From positions 3,100,001 through 3,164,000 of the forward strand of contig CM120643.1 in NCBI GenBank assembly GCA_051362555.1: a DNA stretch of 64,000 nucleotides, given 5' to 3'. The notes under the pieces are model-generated. The model ran no database searches. It had not been told where the DNA came from and saw only the letters and a list, made by a program, of their open reading frames with translations. The translations under genes and the position numbers were made by a program. Positions 11,466-23,928 of this stretch are shown here, one piece after another. Source of the DNA: Lingula anatina (lineage: Eukaryota; Animalia; Brachiopoda). Every line of letters starts with the position of its first letter. The stretch's first letter is position 1.

Positions 11466-13408
11466 CTTTTTGTATATAAGTGGTTTTTCTTCAGATTTAA
11501 ATCTTAAGCATGTTAACAGTCTCATAACGGTACTAATTGGATATGTTAAAGTGTTGTTTTAACATTTTCTGCTTCTTAACAATATTGTTAGTTGATTATA
11601 TAAAAATGACGGTAAACCTATTATCCTGCATTGTGTAATAAAGTATCAAAAATGGAAAGGAACTCATCATTGCAGTTCATCAGATTCAATCATTTACTAT
11701 GTTCAGAATCTCCAAATGGAGCTAATTGGACATTTTAAATTGTTCTATTGATATTTTTCCTATGTCAACAATTTTCCTAGTTGATCATTTAAAAATGACA
11801 GTTAATTGATGATGGTTTTATGTAAAAAAGGTGTTGAAAATGGAAAGAAAATCATTTCAGTACAGTTATCTCTTGTTAACATTTTGGCATTTTGAAAGTG
11901 TGACCCTAACTTCCATGTCCTTGGAGACCTTTCCATATCACATTTTCTGAATATCCATGATACTTTTATTTTTTTATAAAAAATTTGATGGTCATTATGC
12001 TGTTAAGTATTATGTTATATTGCATGAAAGTTAAAGAAAACCCTATTTTGGACACTGCTGCCAGGATAGCGATTAAGGGAAAACCATGTTACTTATGATA
12101 ATCAACCTTACTGAAAAGACTGAAGTGCAGCTTGTGTTGGAAAACCATCGTAATTGTTTTCTGTTTTGAAAGCAATGCAGTACAGTGCTATTTGGTGCAA
12201 TAAATGTATATGGATAGTAGGCAGTTAATTCAGGGTTATAAAATAATTTGCTTAATTGATTTTCAAGTTATTTCAGGGTTATAAAATAATTTGCTTAATT
12301 AATTTTCAAGTGGGTATTAAATGAGATTACATAAACACACATTGAGATTTCATTGTAAAGTCCCATCGGTTTAGCTTTCTTAACTGTGTCACATAATTAG
12401 GAATCGATGATTATTATGCAGGTAAATGTTATGTGGAAAATAAGTTTACAAAAAAAATTTTGTGTAACGCTTACATTAATGCTAAAGATGAATAACAGTG
12501 CCTTATTATTCTCAAACTCAATAGGGTTATTCATATCATGTTAGTAATTGTACAGCTAGATTAAAAGTTTGAATAGCAGCTTTATTGGTATTTTTTGTTA
12601 TGTTTTATTTTACATTTTCTTTTAATTTTTTTATGCTGTTTTTTCACTTTTTTCAACATATATGCAACATTAATAACACAATATAAGAAAAACAGCTTAG
12701 CCAATTGTCATTATACTCACAGGAGTGGTCAATCTTACAAAAATGCAGGTTGAGTTCGAAAATCAGCGTTATCGGGCCATTATTTTAGAAGTTGTACTGT
12801 TTTTTTCAAATTTCCTCAGATTCAATTCTTAGGCATGTTAACAGTCTCATTATTGAACTAATAAGATACGTAAAAGTGTTTGTTTGATATTTCCTGCATC
12901 TTTACAACATTGTTAGTTGATTATGTAAAAATGATGGTAAACTTGTTATCATGTATTGTGTAATCAAGTGTCCAAAACGGAAATAAACTCATATCATTGC
13001 AGTTTGTCAGATTCAATCATCCACATCTGCCATGATGACCATGATGGGAAAACCGTGTTACTTATGATTGTCAAACTTTCAAAAAAGAAACACAGGACTA
13101 AAATGCAGCCAAGTTGAAAAAGCAGTCTAATGGGCTTCTTTTTCTGGAAGTTATACATTTTAGTGAAATATTCATTATCTTTTTGGCATATTCATTGTGG
13201 GACTCGGAGCTCCCATGGACATGAAGCCGGATGGTAATCAAATTTTCTACATGTTCATGCTATTTATAGTCAATAATCAAAAATTGGTGATAATTATTCT
13301 ATAATTTATTATGTAATGTTACATCAAAATTGACAATAATCTTTTTGCACTGCTACTGCAAACATTATGAAAAGAAAACTGTGTTATTTATTATTATATT
13401 TAACTTAA

Positions 13409-14799
13409 AGGCCTACTGCGCTCTAGGAACACATAGCGTTCACTGCTTTTTTTACAGTATAAAAACTATAAATCCACGTCAAAAAATTGTTCTTTTTAAG
13501 TTTTAGAGAGAAAAGATGAGATTTAGATGAGAAAATTCTGATTGGTCAGTTTCTAGTGACGTAACCCGTGGAGTAGCTTCCCACAGCTGTACTAGTAATA
13601 GTATATACTATGCAGTAGGCGACTAAACATCCAGGTGTCAGAAAAACAAATGCCGCAAAGTTGTGTTGCTCCCGGGTGCCGTAATGTAGGTTACAATAAG
13701 AAAGACATCTGCTATTATATCCTGCCTGCGGATACCGCTAAACGTAAAATTTGGCTCAATTCTCTGAAGTTAAAAAATCCCAGCACAGTGTCAAAACACG
13801 CGAGGATCTGTAGCGACCACTTCGAGCCGGAATGCTTCGTACGTGACCTGCGAGCTGAATTGTGCGGTGGAAAAGCACGGAGAAAACTAAAAGATGATGC
13901 TGTACCCAGTATATTCGATTTTTCGGAGTACCAAAATGCGACAGTAAATGCCAGAGCGCTGCCGACGAGAGTCTTACCTGTAGGATGTGTGCATGATGCG
14001 GCCATCGAAAGGAAGAAGAGAGCAGCTTCTAGAGCCCAAAAAATAGTTCGTAGCAGAATTACGTTGTCGAATTTTTTGGTTATGTTAGTGAAAACGTTAA
14101 TATTAACATGATAGTGGAATCAAATTTTTACTCGACATACTGCTGCACTGATCACGTGTAAGGCAGAAGTAGCGAGGTAAGTTGCAGAGGTGTGAAATGT
14201 AGTGTCCGATGCTATCAGTCCGATATCTTTGGCCTTTTGTCCACTGACCTGGCTCTCCCGGAATGACACTGGTAAACTGCACGGGTGTGAAAAATAATGT
14301 TAGCTGTCACACCTGCATGTATTAGGTAACTTTCTCTTATCAGTCGGGATAAGAACGTTCAGCCGACGCGACAGATGGGCAATGTGTGAAAAACTGTGTT
14401 CGCTGCCCTGCTTCCAAACCTTTACTGTTAACATAGTTTTGGTGTATTTTGTTGGTTAATAAATGATAACCACGTGGGGAATTCATCTTCTTTTGTGTAT
14501 CTATCTTCAAAAGTTTGAATTTATAAATGATCATGTAGTGATCAATTGCGTGTATCGCTTTTAGTTTGCACTGCTAGCAAGCGGATAGCTGAATCGAATA
14601 TGGCTTTCTGAGCCTTGACGCTAGTGACGTCACTCGCCTTAAAGCGCCACCACGCGGGAGTATCATAAACTACATTCACACCTGCATAAAATCGGCTTTA
14701 AAAACTAAATAAACGTAAGAACTTTTTTTTCATTACTCAAAAATGACTTTTGGGCACTTAACGGATAGTTTTAACCCGTTTTTTCATCACAGTATACCT
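13409..14799 (+). mobile_element. Kolobok-type DNA transposon, internally deleted, retaining a THAP ORF
   Basis: TTAA on both sides (13405-13408, 14800-14803); TIR AGG(CC/TA)TACTG; subterminal CTAGTGACGT motifs at ~13553 and ~14621; THAP ORF inside. Confidence 0.75.
13650..14111 (+). CDS. THAP zinc-finger domain protein (transposase N-terminus)
   Basis: C2CH THAP signature: MPQSCVAPGC...W...RICSDHF...LKDDAVPSIF (AVP box). No DDE domain follows. Confidence 0.8.
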   Translation: MPQSCVAPGCRNVGYNKKDICYYILPADTAKRKIWLNSLKLKNPSTVSKHARICSDHFEPECFVRDLRAELCGGKARRKLKDDAVPSIFDFSEYQNATVNARALPTRVLPVGCVHDAAIERKKRAASRAQKIVRSRITLSNFLVMLVKTLILT

Positions 14800-15329
14800 T
14801 TAAGGGTATGATTTTTAGGATTGGCATGCAGTTCAAATTAGAAAGCCAGGTCAATTGGGTTATCATTTATTATTGAATTTAATGCAATTTTGTGTGAAAT
14901 TTCATTTTTCTCATTCTGGCACTTTCTAAGTATAAATTTGAACTCTGATGGGCCTGAAGCCTTATGCTTTTACTTTCGTCGGTGTTACCTGTTGTGCAAA
15001 ATTAAAATTTGATGTTGACTGTGCAGTTAAACATAATGTATTATTGCATCAGAAGTGGTAGTCTCCTATTTTGTGCATTATTGTTTTGTGCTCTTCTTAA
15101 GTTGTGACTTATGGGCCTGAAAGACCTTTGAGAGGGTCAGTCTATAAATTTCCCTTGGGTATCACTTCGCTAATTTCAGTTATAAAGTAATTTGCCTAAT
15201 TGATAGGCTACATAAAGCACACTTGTTGATATTTCCCTGTAAACTCCCATAGGTTAAGCTCTCTGCTAGATTAATAATAAGGAAGCAGTGATAATTATGC
15301 AGGTAAATTTTGTTTAATATTGCAAATAA

Positions 15330-15334
<5 letters not shown>

Positions 15335-15396
<62 letters not shown>
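15335..15396. repeat. (TA)n microsatellite
   Basis: Perfect TA run. Confidence 0.95.
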
Positions 15397-15398
<2 letters not shown>

Positions 15399-15444
15399 AA
15401 CTGAAAGATTAAAAGTTTGAATAGCAGCTTCATTGGAATTATAT

Positions 15445-15629
15445 TTACCTCTGCCAAGGAGGTTATATTTTCACCCCTGTTTGTCATCAACATAACTCAA
15501 AAAGTTATGGACCGATTTTGCTGAAATTTTCAGGAACTGTCAGAAGTGGGCCAAAGAGGACAAAAATCAATAATAATCAACAATTGCTACCTTGGCAGAG
15601 GTCTGCACTCTCGGAGTGCTTTTCTAGTT
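15445..15629 (+). mobile_element. Short Helentron-type MITE (HINE/DINE-like)
   Basis: Subterminal IR ACCTCTGCCAAGG / CCTTGGCAGAGGT, 3' hairpin GCACTCTCGGAGTGC, then CTAGTT. Confidence 0.75.
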
Positions 15630-16280
15630 TTGTTATGTTTTCCTTTATAATTTTTTCTCAAACACTTGCATTTGTGACTTTTAACTCACATCCGCCTGAG
15701 ACTCTGACATTTCTGTATTTCCACATAAGCAGTTGTATTGTTTTTTATGTCTTTAAACATTATGTTACTTATGTAATATTATTTTATGCACTGTCATCAT
15801 TTTTCAAATATTGAGACTTACATCATGTGAATTTGAACTCTCATGGTCCTGAAACTGTAATCTTATTGAAAGGGTAGATTGAGACCATCTTCTGGGACTT
15901 CCGGAAGACAGTCAGGTTATTAAGTTTATATTGCCTGGTATCTATTTTTTCTTCTGTTGGAAGACCATCAAAATGGAGGATGGATCAAAATAGATACTTT
16001 GGAATACTGTCAGAGAATATCTCTGGGTCCGCTCATGTTATTGACCATTTTACCTGTTGTGCATGATTATAAAATTCAGTGTTGACTGATAGTGCTATTA
16101 TAAGCATTATTTATTATTGCATCAAAATTAACAAAATGACCTTTTTTGCATCTTTATTTTCTGTTTTTTGTCTGTACATTTGACAGCTTTGCTGCCTTGT
16201 TAAAAATTTCTTATCAGTTTTAAAGAGTAGGTTAAGAAGGTTAAGAAGCCAGTACCTTTAATAATTGAGTAAATGGCTAT

Positions 16281-17635
16281 TTTTATGTACAGACACAGAT
16301 GTGTCTGTACATATAGCCATCATCTGCGTCTGTCGTCGCCGTCGTCGCTGTCGTCGCCGTCGTCGCCATGCACTTTTACCGATAACACGATAAGTGGAAA
16401 ACCATTTTACTTTTTGACTTGAAACTTGCAGAACTGATGAATATTCATAATACGCAGGTCAAGTTCGAAAATCAGCATGATCGGGTCACTTTTAGGGAAT
16501 TTATGCTGTTTTTTCACTTTTTTCAGCATATATGCAGCACCGATAACACGATAAGTGGAAAACCATTTTACCTTTTGACTTGAAACTTACAGAACTGATG
16601 AATATTCATAATACGCAGGTCAAGTTCGAAAATCAGCATGATTGGGCCATTTTTAGGGAATTTATGCTGTTTTTTCACTATTTTCAATATAAATACAACA
16701 CTGATAACACAATATAAGAAAAACGGCTTGGCCAATTGTAATTATACTCACAGGAGTGGTCAATCTTACTAAAACGCAGGTTGAGTTCGAAAATCAGCAT
16801 AATCGGGCCATTATTTTAGAAGTTATACTGTTTTTCACATTTCCTCAGATTCAATTATTAGGCATGTTAACAGTCTCATTATTTAACTAATAAGATGCCT
16901 AAAAGTGTTTGTTTGATATTTCCTGCATCTTTACAACATTGTTTGTTGATTATGTAAAAAACATGGTAAACTTGTTATCGTGTATTGTGTAATAAAGTGT
17001 CAAAAATGGAAATAAACTCATATCATTGCAGTTTGTCAGATTCAATCATCCACTATGTTCAGAATCGCAGAATGGAGGAAATTGGACATTTAACACTGTT
17101 CTATTGATACTTTTCCCATCTCATCAATTTTCTTAGTTGGTCATATAAAAATGGCAGTAAAATGTTTATTTTGTTTTATGTTAAAAAAGTGTTAAAAATG
17201 GAAATAAACCCATTTCAGAACAGTGCTGTCTTGTTTACATTTTGGCATTTTCAAGGCGTGACTTTGAAGTTCCATGGGCCTGAAGACCTTTGCTTGTCAC
17301 ATTTTCTGAATGTCCATGTTACTAATATTTTATTAATAACATTTGATTGTCATTATGCTGTTAAACATTATGTAATGTTGCATCAAAATTTGAAGAAACC
17401 CCTGTTTTGGGCACTGCTCCTATGATGACCATTTAAGGGAAATCATGTCACTTACTGTTCTCAAACTTACAGGAAAGAAACATGGGTCTAACATACAGCT
17501 TCAATAGGCAACGCAGTCTGTTTGGTAAATTTTTCTGGCAATTTAACAGTTTTTTGTGAAAATTTAATTTTTCACTTATTTGCATCTTTATTTTCTGTTC
17601 TTTGTCTGTACATTTGACAGCTTTGCTGCCTTGTT
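16281..17635 (+). mobile_element. Non-autonomous Helentron-like element, copy 3
   Basis: Same 5' palindrome and GTC microsatellite, ~3 copies of the 161-bp unit, same 3' terminus at 17604-17635. Confidence 0.65.
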
Positions 17636-17800
17636 TCCTTTTTTAAAACCAGTTGAATGTAGAATGATTGAGAGAAGTTTTAATGTCACTGTGGTTTCAA
17701 GCAAAGAATGCAACATTTTAGTGTCATTTTCTGAATGAGTAATTAAAAAAGAAATGCCACCATGAAACAGTAGTTAAACTCATGCCTTTTTTATGACTAG

Positions 17801-17997
17801 ATGTGAATGTGTACAGAAACTATGGTATCCACACAAGTCGTCAGACCTTGACCTCTTCTCTAAGTGGAGACCAGTTGACCTGTTCTACTGCCACCCTGCC
17901 CCCCACACAGCCCCCCACACAACCCCCCACACAGCCCCCTAGCTATGACGAAGTGATGAGGGCAGAGCAAGGTGGCAGTCAGCTAGGAGATCAGCAG
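17801..17997 (+). CDS. PY-motif membrane protein, coding exon 2 (..LPPTQPPTQPPTQPPSYDEVMRAE..)
   Basis: Acceptor TTTTTTATGACTAG, phase 1 in; PPSY-DEV motif; donor CAG|GT at 17998 (phase 0). Confidence 0.75.
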
Positions 17998-18025
17998 GTT
18001 TTATCATGTTATTTGTGGCTTTATC

Positions 18026-18057
<32 letters not shown>

Positions 18058-18328
18058 AAACACACACACACACATATATATACTCAAGCAAAAAACTGTC
18101 TCCCCCTTTGATCCTTTTTTAATTCTTTATTCAATTTTCCAACTCTTATATTCATTTTTTATTTAGAGCAAATGCACACCTTTTTTATAGGTGAAGTTAT
18201 CAAAGACAAGAGGAAAATTTTTCAAACCATTACCTAACAGTATGAACGCTTTTTAGCTTGTGTTTGATTATTTTCCATTATGATCCAACTACCAAGCTAA
18301 TGAACATTTTTGCTGATTTTCTTTATAG

Positions 18329-18457
18329 GGTTTTGCAGATGTCCAGCAAGTGTTGGCCAGAATCGATAGTCAGTCTTCCCGCAACTCGTCCTCTCCCATT
18401 GGCTCAGCTGCTGCATCCCCAGCTCCGTCTTACACATCTTATGCTCTGCAGTCTTGA
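18329..18457 (+). CDS. PY-motif membrane protein, last coding exon (GFADVQQVLARIDSQSSRNSSSPIGSAAASPAPSYTSYALQS*)
   Basis: Acceptor TTTCTTTATAG ending at 18328, phase 0, TGA at 18455-18457; followed by a long AT-rich 3' UTR with AATAAA at ~19657 and 20781. Confidence 0.7.
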   Translation, partial: GFADVQQVLARIDSQSSRNSSSPIGSAAASPAPSYTSYALQS

Positions 18458-18479
18458 GAGGAAAATGTCAGTGTGTGTG

Positions 18480-18650
18480 CAGGAGCGGATTCAGACGATC
18501 TTCTGGGTCTTCTGGAAGACTGTCAGATTTTCAAGTTTACTTTGATGGGTATCTTACTTTTACTGTCGGAAGATGGGTCAAAAATAGATGATGGATCAAC
18601 AAAGTTAATTTGGAAGACTGTCAGAAAATATATCTCTAGATCTGCCCCTG
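18480..18650. mobile_element. MITE with CAGG(G/A)GCGGAT..ATC(T/C)GCCCCTG termini in the 3' UTR
   Basis: Short TIRs; diverged internal homolog at ~15870-16033; similar termini at 28242-28509. Confidence 0.55.
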
Positions 18651-19143
18651 GTGCATGTGTTTGTGTGTCCTGTAAACCCTTTGTATGTCTGCTAAACCAG
18701 ATGATGAGAACAGAAAGAACCAGTAGTTAAAATAAGTAGAGTAACCTCCATGTAATGTCACTGAAGTTTATGTGGATATTGATCATGGTTTCATTTAAGT
18801 GAAGCCTTTAGCAGTAGTCAAATTATAAAAAAAATTTAAACCAAATTTATATTTTTTTGAATGTGTCGTAAATGTAGTGTCTTTTTCATAATTTCTCATA
18901 CATTGTATGCAATAGCAGTATTATACAATAATTACTCAAAAAGCTATGTCATGAAGTGTCAATAAGAGCAGCTTTTAGATGGATCTTAAGATGAAACAAT
19001 CTTGGGTCTATCAATCATCATTTAACAACTGTGCAGATTCATTGAGTATTTAACTGTGGCATTGTCACTGGTCACCAGTTGTCCCCACCCGACCCACCAA
19101 CATGGTCTGGTGACAATTTTTTTTTACCCGAAAGGGTTTTTGT

Positions 19144-19412
19144 TTAAAGGGATAACAACTGTTCATTTTGGCCAAAAAATGAATTTTCAAGGGGTAAACA
19201 ACAATTATCCCATACTAGATAATGGTTGTTTATTCATTTCTACATTTAAGGTTAGTCCAAGGTTTTTGTCTTAAAAGTTTATTTATTTATTTATTTTATT
19301 ATTATTATTATTTTTTAAAAATAATAATCTCTTTAGAGTATAGCCATCTACTGGTATGGCCGGTAGATGGAGGTCAAATTATCAGTGATATGAAGAGTTG
19401 TTATCCCTTTAA
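19144..19412 (-). mobile_element. TTAA-bounded MITE (Kolobok-type)
   Basis: TTAAAGGGATAACAACT ... AGTTGTTATCCCTTTAA perfect terminal inverted repeat. Confidence 0.75.
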
Positions 19413-21732
19413 AATCTAGTGGTGTTTCTTTTTAATCTATTTGCTATTAATGTTTTTTTTCTTTAGTTTTTGCATTTATAGCTGGAAGTGAAAGAAAAAG
19501 GTTCAAGTGCAATATGATTAAAAGGATTAGGAAAAAATTTCAGGGACGGAAAGTGGATTCTGGTGGGGGGTTTGATTCTTTTCCCTTCAATAAGGAAAAG
19601 CCCAGAGATTTATTTAGTATGTGATATGTGCCTTTTTAATTATGTCTTTCATCATAAATAAAGCCCTTTACCATCTTTTGTCATCATGGTCCCCTCAATT
19701 AAATTGATACAAATTCAAACAATGTTTTAAATGTTGTATATTTATGTCATGGTATTCCTGCCAATCTCAAAAGTCGTTTTATGTTGATGCTGCTTTATTT
19801 GTATTACTTAATGCAACTAAAAGTTCATATGCTATTTATCCATATAACTGTATATATATATATATAAATATACGCATTCGTACAGCTGATTAGATAAATG
19901 ATAGACAGAGGACCATTTTGTAATGTAATTTAACAAAAAGGGAAAGACTGAGAACTTAAAATGTATTTTTCTGCTTTTCTAGAATAATGATATGTACATT
20001 TGTTATATATTTTGTAGCGTAGGGTGCAAGTCCAGTGTCTTCTTTATAACATTCCCAGTTTGTTAGAATTATGTTATAGTTTATTAAGATGCTAATATTA
20101 ATTTTTTCTACTACATTCCTTTGTAAAATTTATGCAAGATATACTGTTAGATATCTCTTTGATTTTTCCAATTGAACAAACTTTTGTTGAATTGTAAATT
20201 ATAGCATGTTTAATTTTTATCATGTTATGAAAGATGTTTTCTATATGTTTAATATCTAGTGACTGAATAACTGTAGACAGTGAAGCATAGTAGGTACCGA
20301 AATAATTTATTAAAAGATTTACTGGTATACATGTATGGTATATTTTGTTTCTTATATTTCTCATAATAACGAGAAAATTTGCCTTGTGAAAGTCCCATTT
20401 ATTATGCCAAATGTTGAACAATTTGAAATTTGAAAGTACCTCGGTAGCATGTGCAAATTAAAAATGTAGTTAAAGAGTGGAAAAATGGCCATGTATTCTA
20501 AAATCTTATCTTAAACCACATATCAGTAAAACCCTTTGACTGTGCATTTTTTAAATCTACCACAGAACAGTACTCCTAGCATTGTGTTGACTGAGGCAAT
20601 ATATATTTTATTGGCACCTGTAATTCCTATTTGAGATCTCTCTTGGATTCTGGCTACAATTGCAATATTGTATAATTGTCCCTTTGATGAAGTAATGACG
20701 CTCCCGTCCCCATAATATCAAAAAGGATTCTGCAATTTTTTTACCATTAGAAGTCATGTCAATATGTACAATGGATATTCAATAAATGTACACTCACAGG
20801 AAGTAAAAGTACATTGACTTTGTGTTGTACTTCAGATAAACTCAACAAAAGCAGAATTTTTTTGCCAGCTAGTGATAGATGTCTAAGCTAGCGATGTTGC
20901 ATTTTTGGCGGTTGAGGAAGGGGGGGGGGGGGATTGGACTGTCAGAGAGACAGTTGGTGATCATTGTCTACTGCATCCAAAAAGCCATCACCGTGGAAGC
21001 CGGACTGGGTGTTAAGGTCTCTCCTCGCCGTTCGCGGAGGCTGAGACCACCGACCGTCGGTGTGTAACGTGACAGAGCCGTCCTTGTAGGAGTCTAGCAA
21101 TTAAACATCGGAGTCGTGATTTAATTCGTGTAATGGCGCGTGTGGAGACGGGGAGACCATCAGCGGATAAGTCGGCTCTTCTTTCATGTAGGTCCGCCAT
21201 ATTTGATCCGTGTTGGGTGTTACGGTATTGGTATAGGTCCCAGATGATCCATCGGGATAGGAGGCAGGAAGAACTAGATGACCGCCCTTTCTATTTATCA
21301 ATGACCATAATTTGACAGACAAAATTTGATCAACAAGGTACTAAAATAGCAATAGTTTCCCGCATATTTCAAAATACACTAGATTAATAAAATCAAGCCT
21401 CAGACCCTAACAAACCCCAAAATGTTTATAAAACCACCCGGAGGGGAACAGAAATAATCTGCTTTGCAATCGGTAGCTTAGCAGATTGTTTACCTGCGCG
21501 CGCGCGCGCGTGTGTGAGTGTGTATAGCACGGGAAAATAACCATATGTATATTTTACATAAATGACCAAATAAAGTGCGTTGATTTCACGTGCACTTGGT
21601 TGCACAGAGTTGGTAACAACGACGTGCTGGTCTGGTTTCGCGGTACCCTTACCATATAACCATGCGGCAGAGCAAGAACGTCGTCATGATCAACATGGTT
21701 TCACTAGCGATGACCAAGCCACGGCTTTTCTT

Positions 21733-22233
21733 TTACGCTGGTCGTTTGTCTGGCTTCCGATCATCAACTGCCTTGCCGTCATCCTCATCAACTCGGCGCG
21801 GGCAGTGCTCTGTGTCCTGTGAAGAAGGACGCACGCGGAGTCGTCCTTTTGGTACAGAAATAATTTCTTTGGACTTCAGCTCATTCTCATAGTAAGACCG
21901 GATACAAGCCAATTTCTTCAAACCCTGTCCGTAATCTGCCAGAACTTCGATAAAAGTCACCGGTGTTTTAAGAGTAACTGTGACGTTGCCGTTAACCGGG
22001 TCGGTCATGATTTCGCACGACTGCAGCGAGAGGTGGGCCACGGCGCCCATGGGCTTTAGCTTAATTTCACGTCGGAGGATCTGGCATTGGAAGGGATCTA
22101 AGGGCGAGCTGCCCAGGGGTTCGAACTCAAGTATCAGTAGGTATTTTTCTTTGGTGAGGTTGTAGAGAACGGGCAGACAGGCCTGTCCATTCGCCATGTA
22201 GCCTGGTGGACACACCAAACCACTTGCTACGTC
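21733..22233 (-). CDS. SMB/Cys-rich secreted protein, last coding exon (DVASGLVCPPGY...KRPA*)
   Basis: Acceptor TTTGTAATTCAG, phase 0 matching the upstream exon; long open frame. Confidence 0.65.
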   Translation of the reverse strand, partial: DVASGLVCPPGYMANGQACLPVLYNLTKEKYLLILEFEPLGSSPLDPFQCQILRREIKLKPMGAVAHLSLQSCEIMTDPVNGNVTVTLKTPVTFIEVLADYGQGLKKLACIRSYYENELKSKEIISVPKGRLRVRPSSQDTEHCPRRVDEDDGKAVDDRKPDKRPA

Positions 22234-22311
22234 CTGAATTACAAAGACATTGGAATGGAAACTGTTATTTGTTAATGGGGTATTTTCACAAGTCATGGCA
22301 CTCAAGAGGTT

Positions 22312-22771
22312 CAGGGCCGTAGCCTCCGGGGGGCAAGGGGGGGCAGCTGGGATTTGAGGTGCAAAAAAAAAAAAATAATCGCAAAGGTGAAAAAAAAAAT
22401 AATTGCAAAGTTGGTATCAATTCTGTGAGAAAATGCACTCATGGCCACTAGACAACCATTCAACAATCTGTTTACAAAGGTGTACTGTTTTTAGCCAACT
22501 CAGTCCATGCCAAAATGTCCAATTGGCGTATTGTGTTGAAAAAATGACTGTACTTATGGCAAAATGAACCCACAATTTCTGACTTCTGATTGAGCACTAA
22601 ATAACTGTTAAAATACACCAGAATGCAGTATTATACATTCAGTTTTTAAAAATTTTTAACACCGTGGGAGGAGGACACCCCTTCCCACACACTCCCCCCT
22701 CGGGAGCTTCGCCCCCTCTTGTCCGCTTACTGCCCCCCCCCCCCTGTTATTTTGCTCAGGCTACGGCCCTG
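22312..22771. mobile_element. MITE with 14-bp perfect TIR CAGGGCCGTAGCCT
   Basis: CAGGGCCGTAGCCT ... AGGCTACGGCCCTG; G-rich and C-rich subterminal arms. Confidence 0.75.
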
Positions 22772-23096
22772 ATGGTTACTATGTGTTAAAATTAATTAAA
22801 ATCCATTTAGTTGGAACATACATGTATTTATAATCCTAATTGCTACCTTTATCATTCAAAGCACGTTTCAAGGCAAAATTCTAACGTGTACAGTGTGAGG
22901 TTGCACGTTTAGTTCCACTAGTATTCCGTCAAATTGCAGTGTAGGCAAAGACGGTGCGATGTAGCCATTCATAAGCCGTGCTTAAATTAACGTATACAGG
23001 CGCGTGTTGTCGAGAAACAAGTACCCGTTGCCAAGATACAGGCACCTGCTGCCTAGATACAAATAACTGTTGCCTAGATACAGACACTGAGCTTAC

Positions 23097-23206
23097 CTGG
23101 GTTCCGTCTACCTCTTGTTTCTCCTCGATATTGCCAGTATTAAGGAAGGCGCTGAAAGCAAAGGCGTCACGTACAAACTTTGCAGTCTCATCTGTTGCCG
23201 GGTTTT
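23097..23206 (-). CDS. SMB/Cys-rich protein, internal exon (ENPATDETAKFVRDAFAFSAFLNTGNIEEKQEVDGTQ)
   Basis: Acceptor ATTTCAG, donor CAG|GTAAGC; phase 1 in and phase 0 out, consistent with both neighbours. Confidence 0.7.
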
Positions 23207-23753
23207 CTGAAATATATAGTAAGCACAGTGGACAATCATCTTTTTCAAATGAAATACATTTCACACATATTTTCATATTGAATTGAATACATGTAACATT
23301 ATTGAAAGATTGATTGTTATTACAGTATGTTGGTTACTGAAAGAGCGTTAGTCCATGTCGCTTTGACGTTTGAGCAGAGCTAGAAGGTTTATAACCTAGA
23401 ACGTTTTGTAAATATCCATAAATGTTTTAAGTGCAAAATAAGAAGAAAAAAAACCTGGCGGTGCACTTATTTAATCCCTGATGGGGAATCGCACACAAGG
23501 AACCTGACCCGACTTTTGTACTTGCTTACAGGAGAATACACGTTGAATATGATTAAAAATTTAGAGGAAAAGTTGAAAAAAGTTTTGGAACAAATTCCAA
23601 CTTACAAATTCACATAAAAGGCTAACGTATATTCTACTATCTCCAGTCATGCTTTTAGTGCTGCAGGCATTCTGAATGTCGAAACAGAGTATATCTAGTT
23701 TTAAGGATGATTAAACTAAAATGTTTTTAAAAGAGGAACATGCAGATGACATT

Positions 23754-23928
23754 GGCCCTATTCAGAACAGGGGACTAACTAGTCTGAGGGTCAAGTATGG
23801 CGACCCACTACAAAGTTTGCTGTCTTATCCGGTAATGGACACTGAATAGATTCCCCGTGGGGAAGTATTCAAAGGGGTAAGCCATATTTGTCCCTTGGAC
23901 TAGTAAGTCCCTTATCCAGAATGGGGCC
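23754..23928. mobile_element. Palindromic MITE (GGCCCTATTCAGAA.. family)
   Basis: Imperfect TIRs; related copies at ~50993-51131 and ~52130-52306, and a partial end at 24020-24052. Confidence 0.65.

Larger units (their letters stand above)
10246..16200 (+). mobile_element. Non-autonomous Helentron-like element, copy 2 (composite; contains satellite array and nested elements)
   Basis: Same 5' palindrome, then a (GTC/GCC)n microsatellite and ~161-bp tandem repeats; same 3' end GTCTGTACATTTGACAGCTTTGCTGCCTTGTT at 16170-16200. Confidence 0.6.

Noticed and set aside
13715-14005. Antisense ORF as Kolobok second gene (KolX)
   Set aside because: It is merely the shadow of the THAP ORF and lacks the Cys-rich KolX motifs.
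20098-20421. 107-aa minus-strand ORF
   Set aside because: AT-rich sequence antisense to the probable 3' UTR, with no domain or splice support.
20900-21730. SECIS element that would make the in-frame TGA codons selenocysteine
   Set aside because: No convincing ATGA..AA..GA stem-loop was seen, and the TGA context fits a Trp nonsense mutation better.
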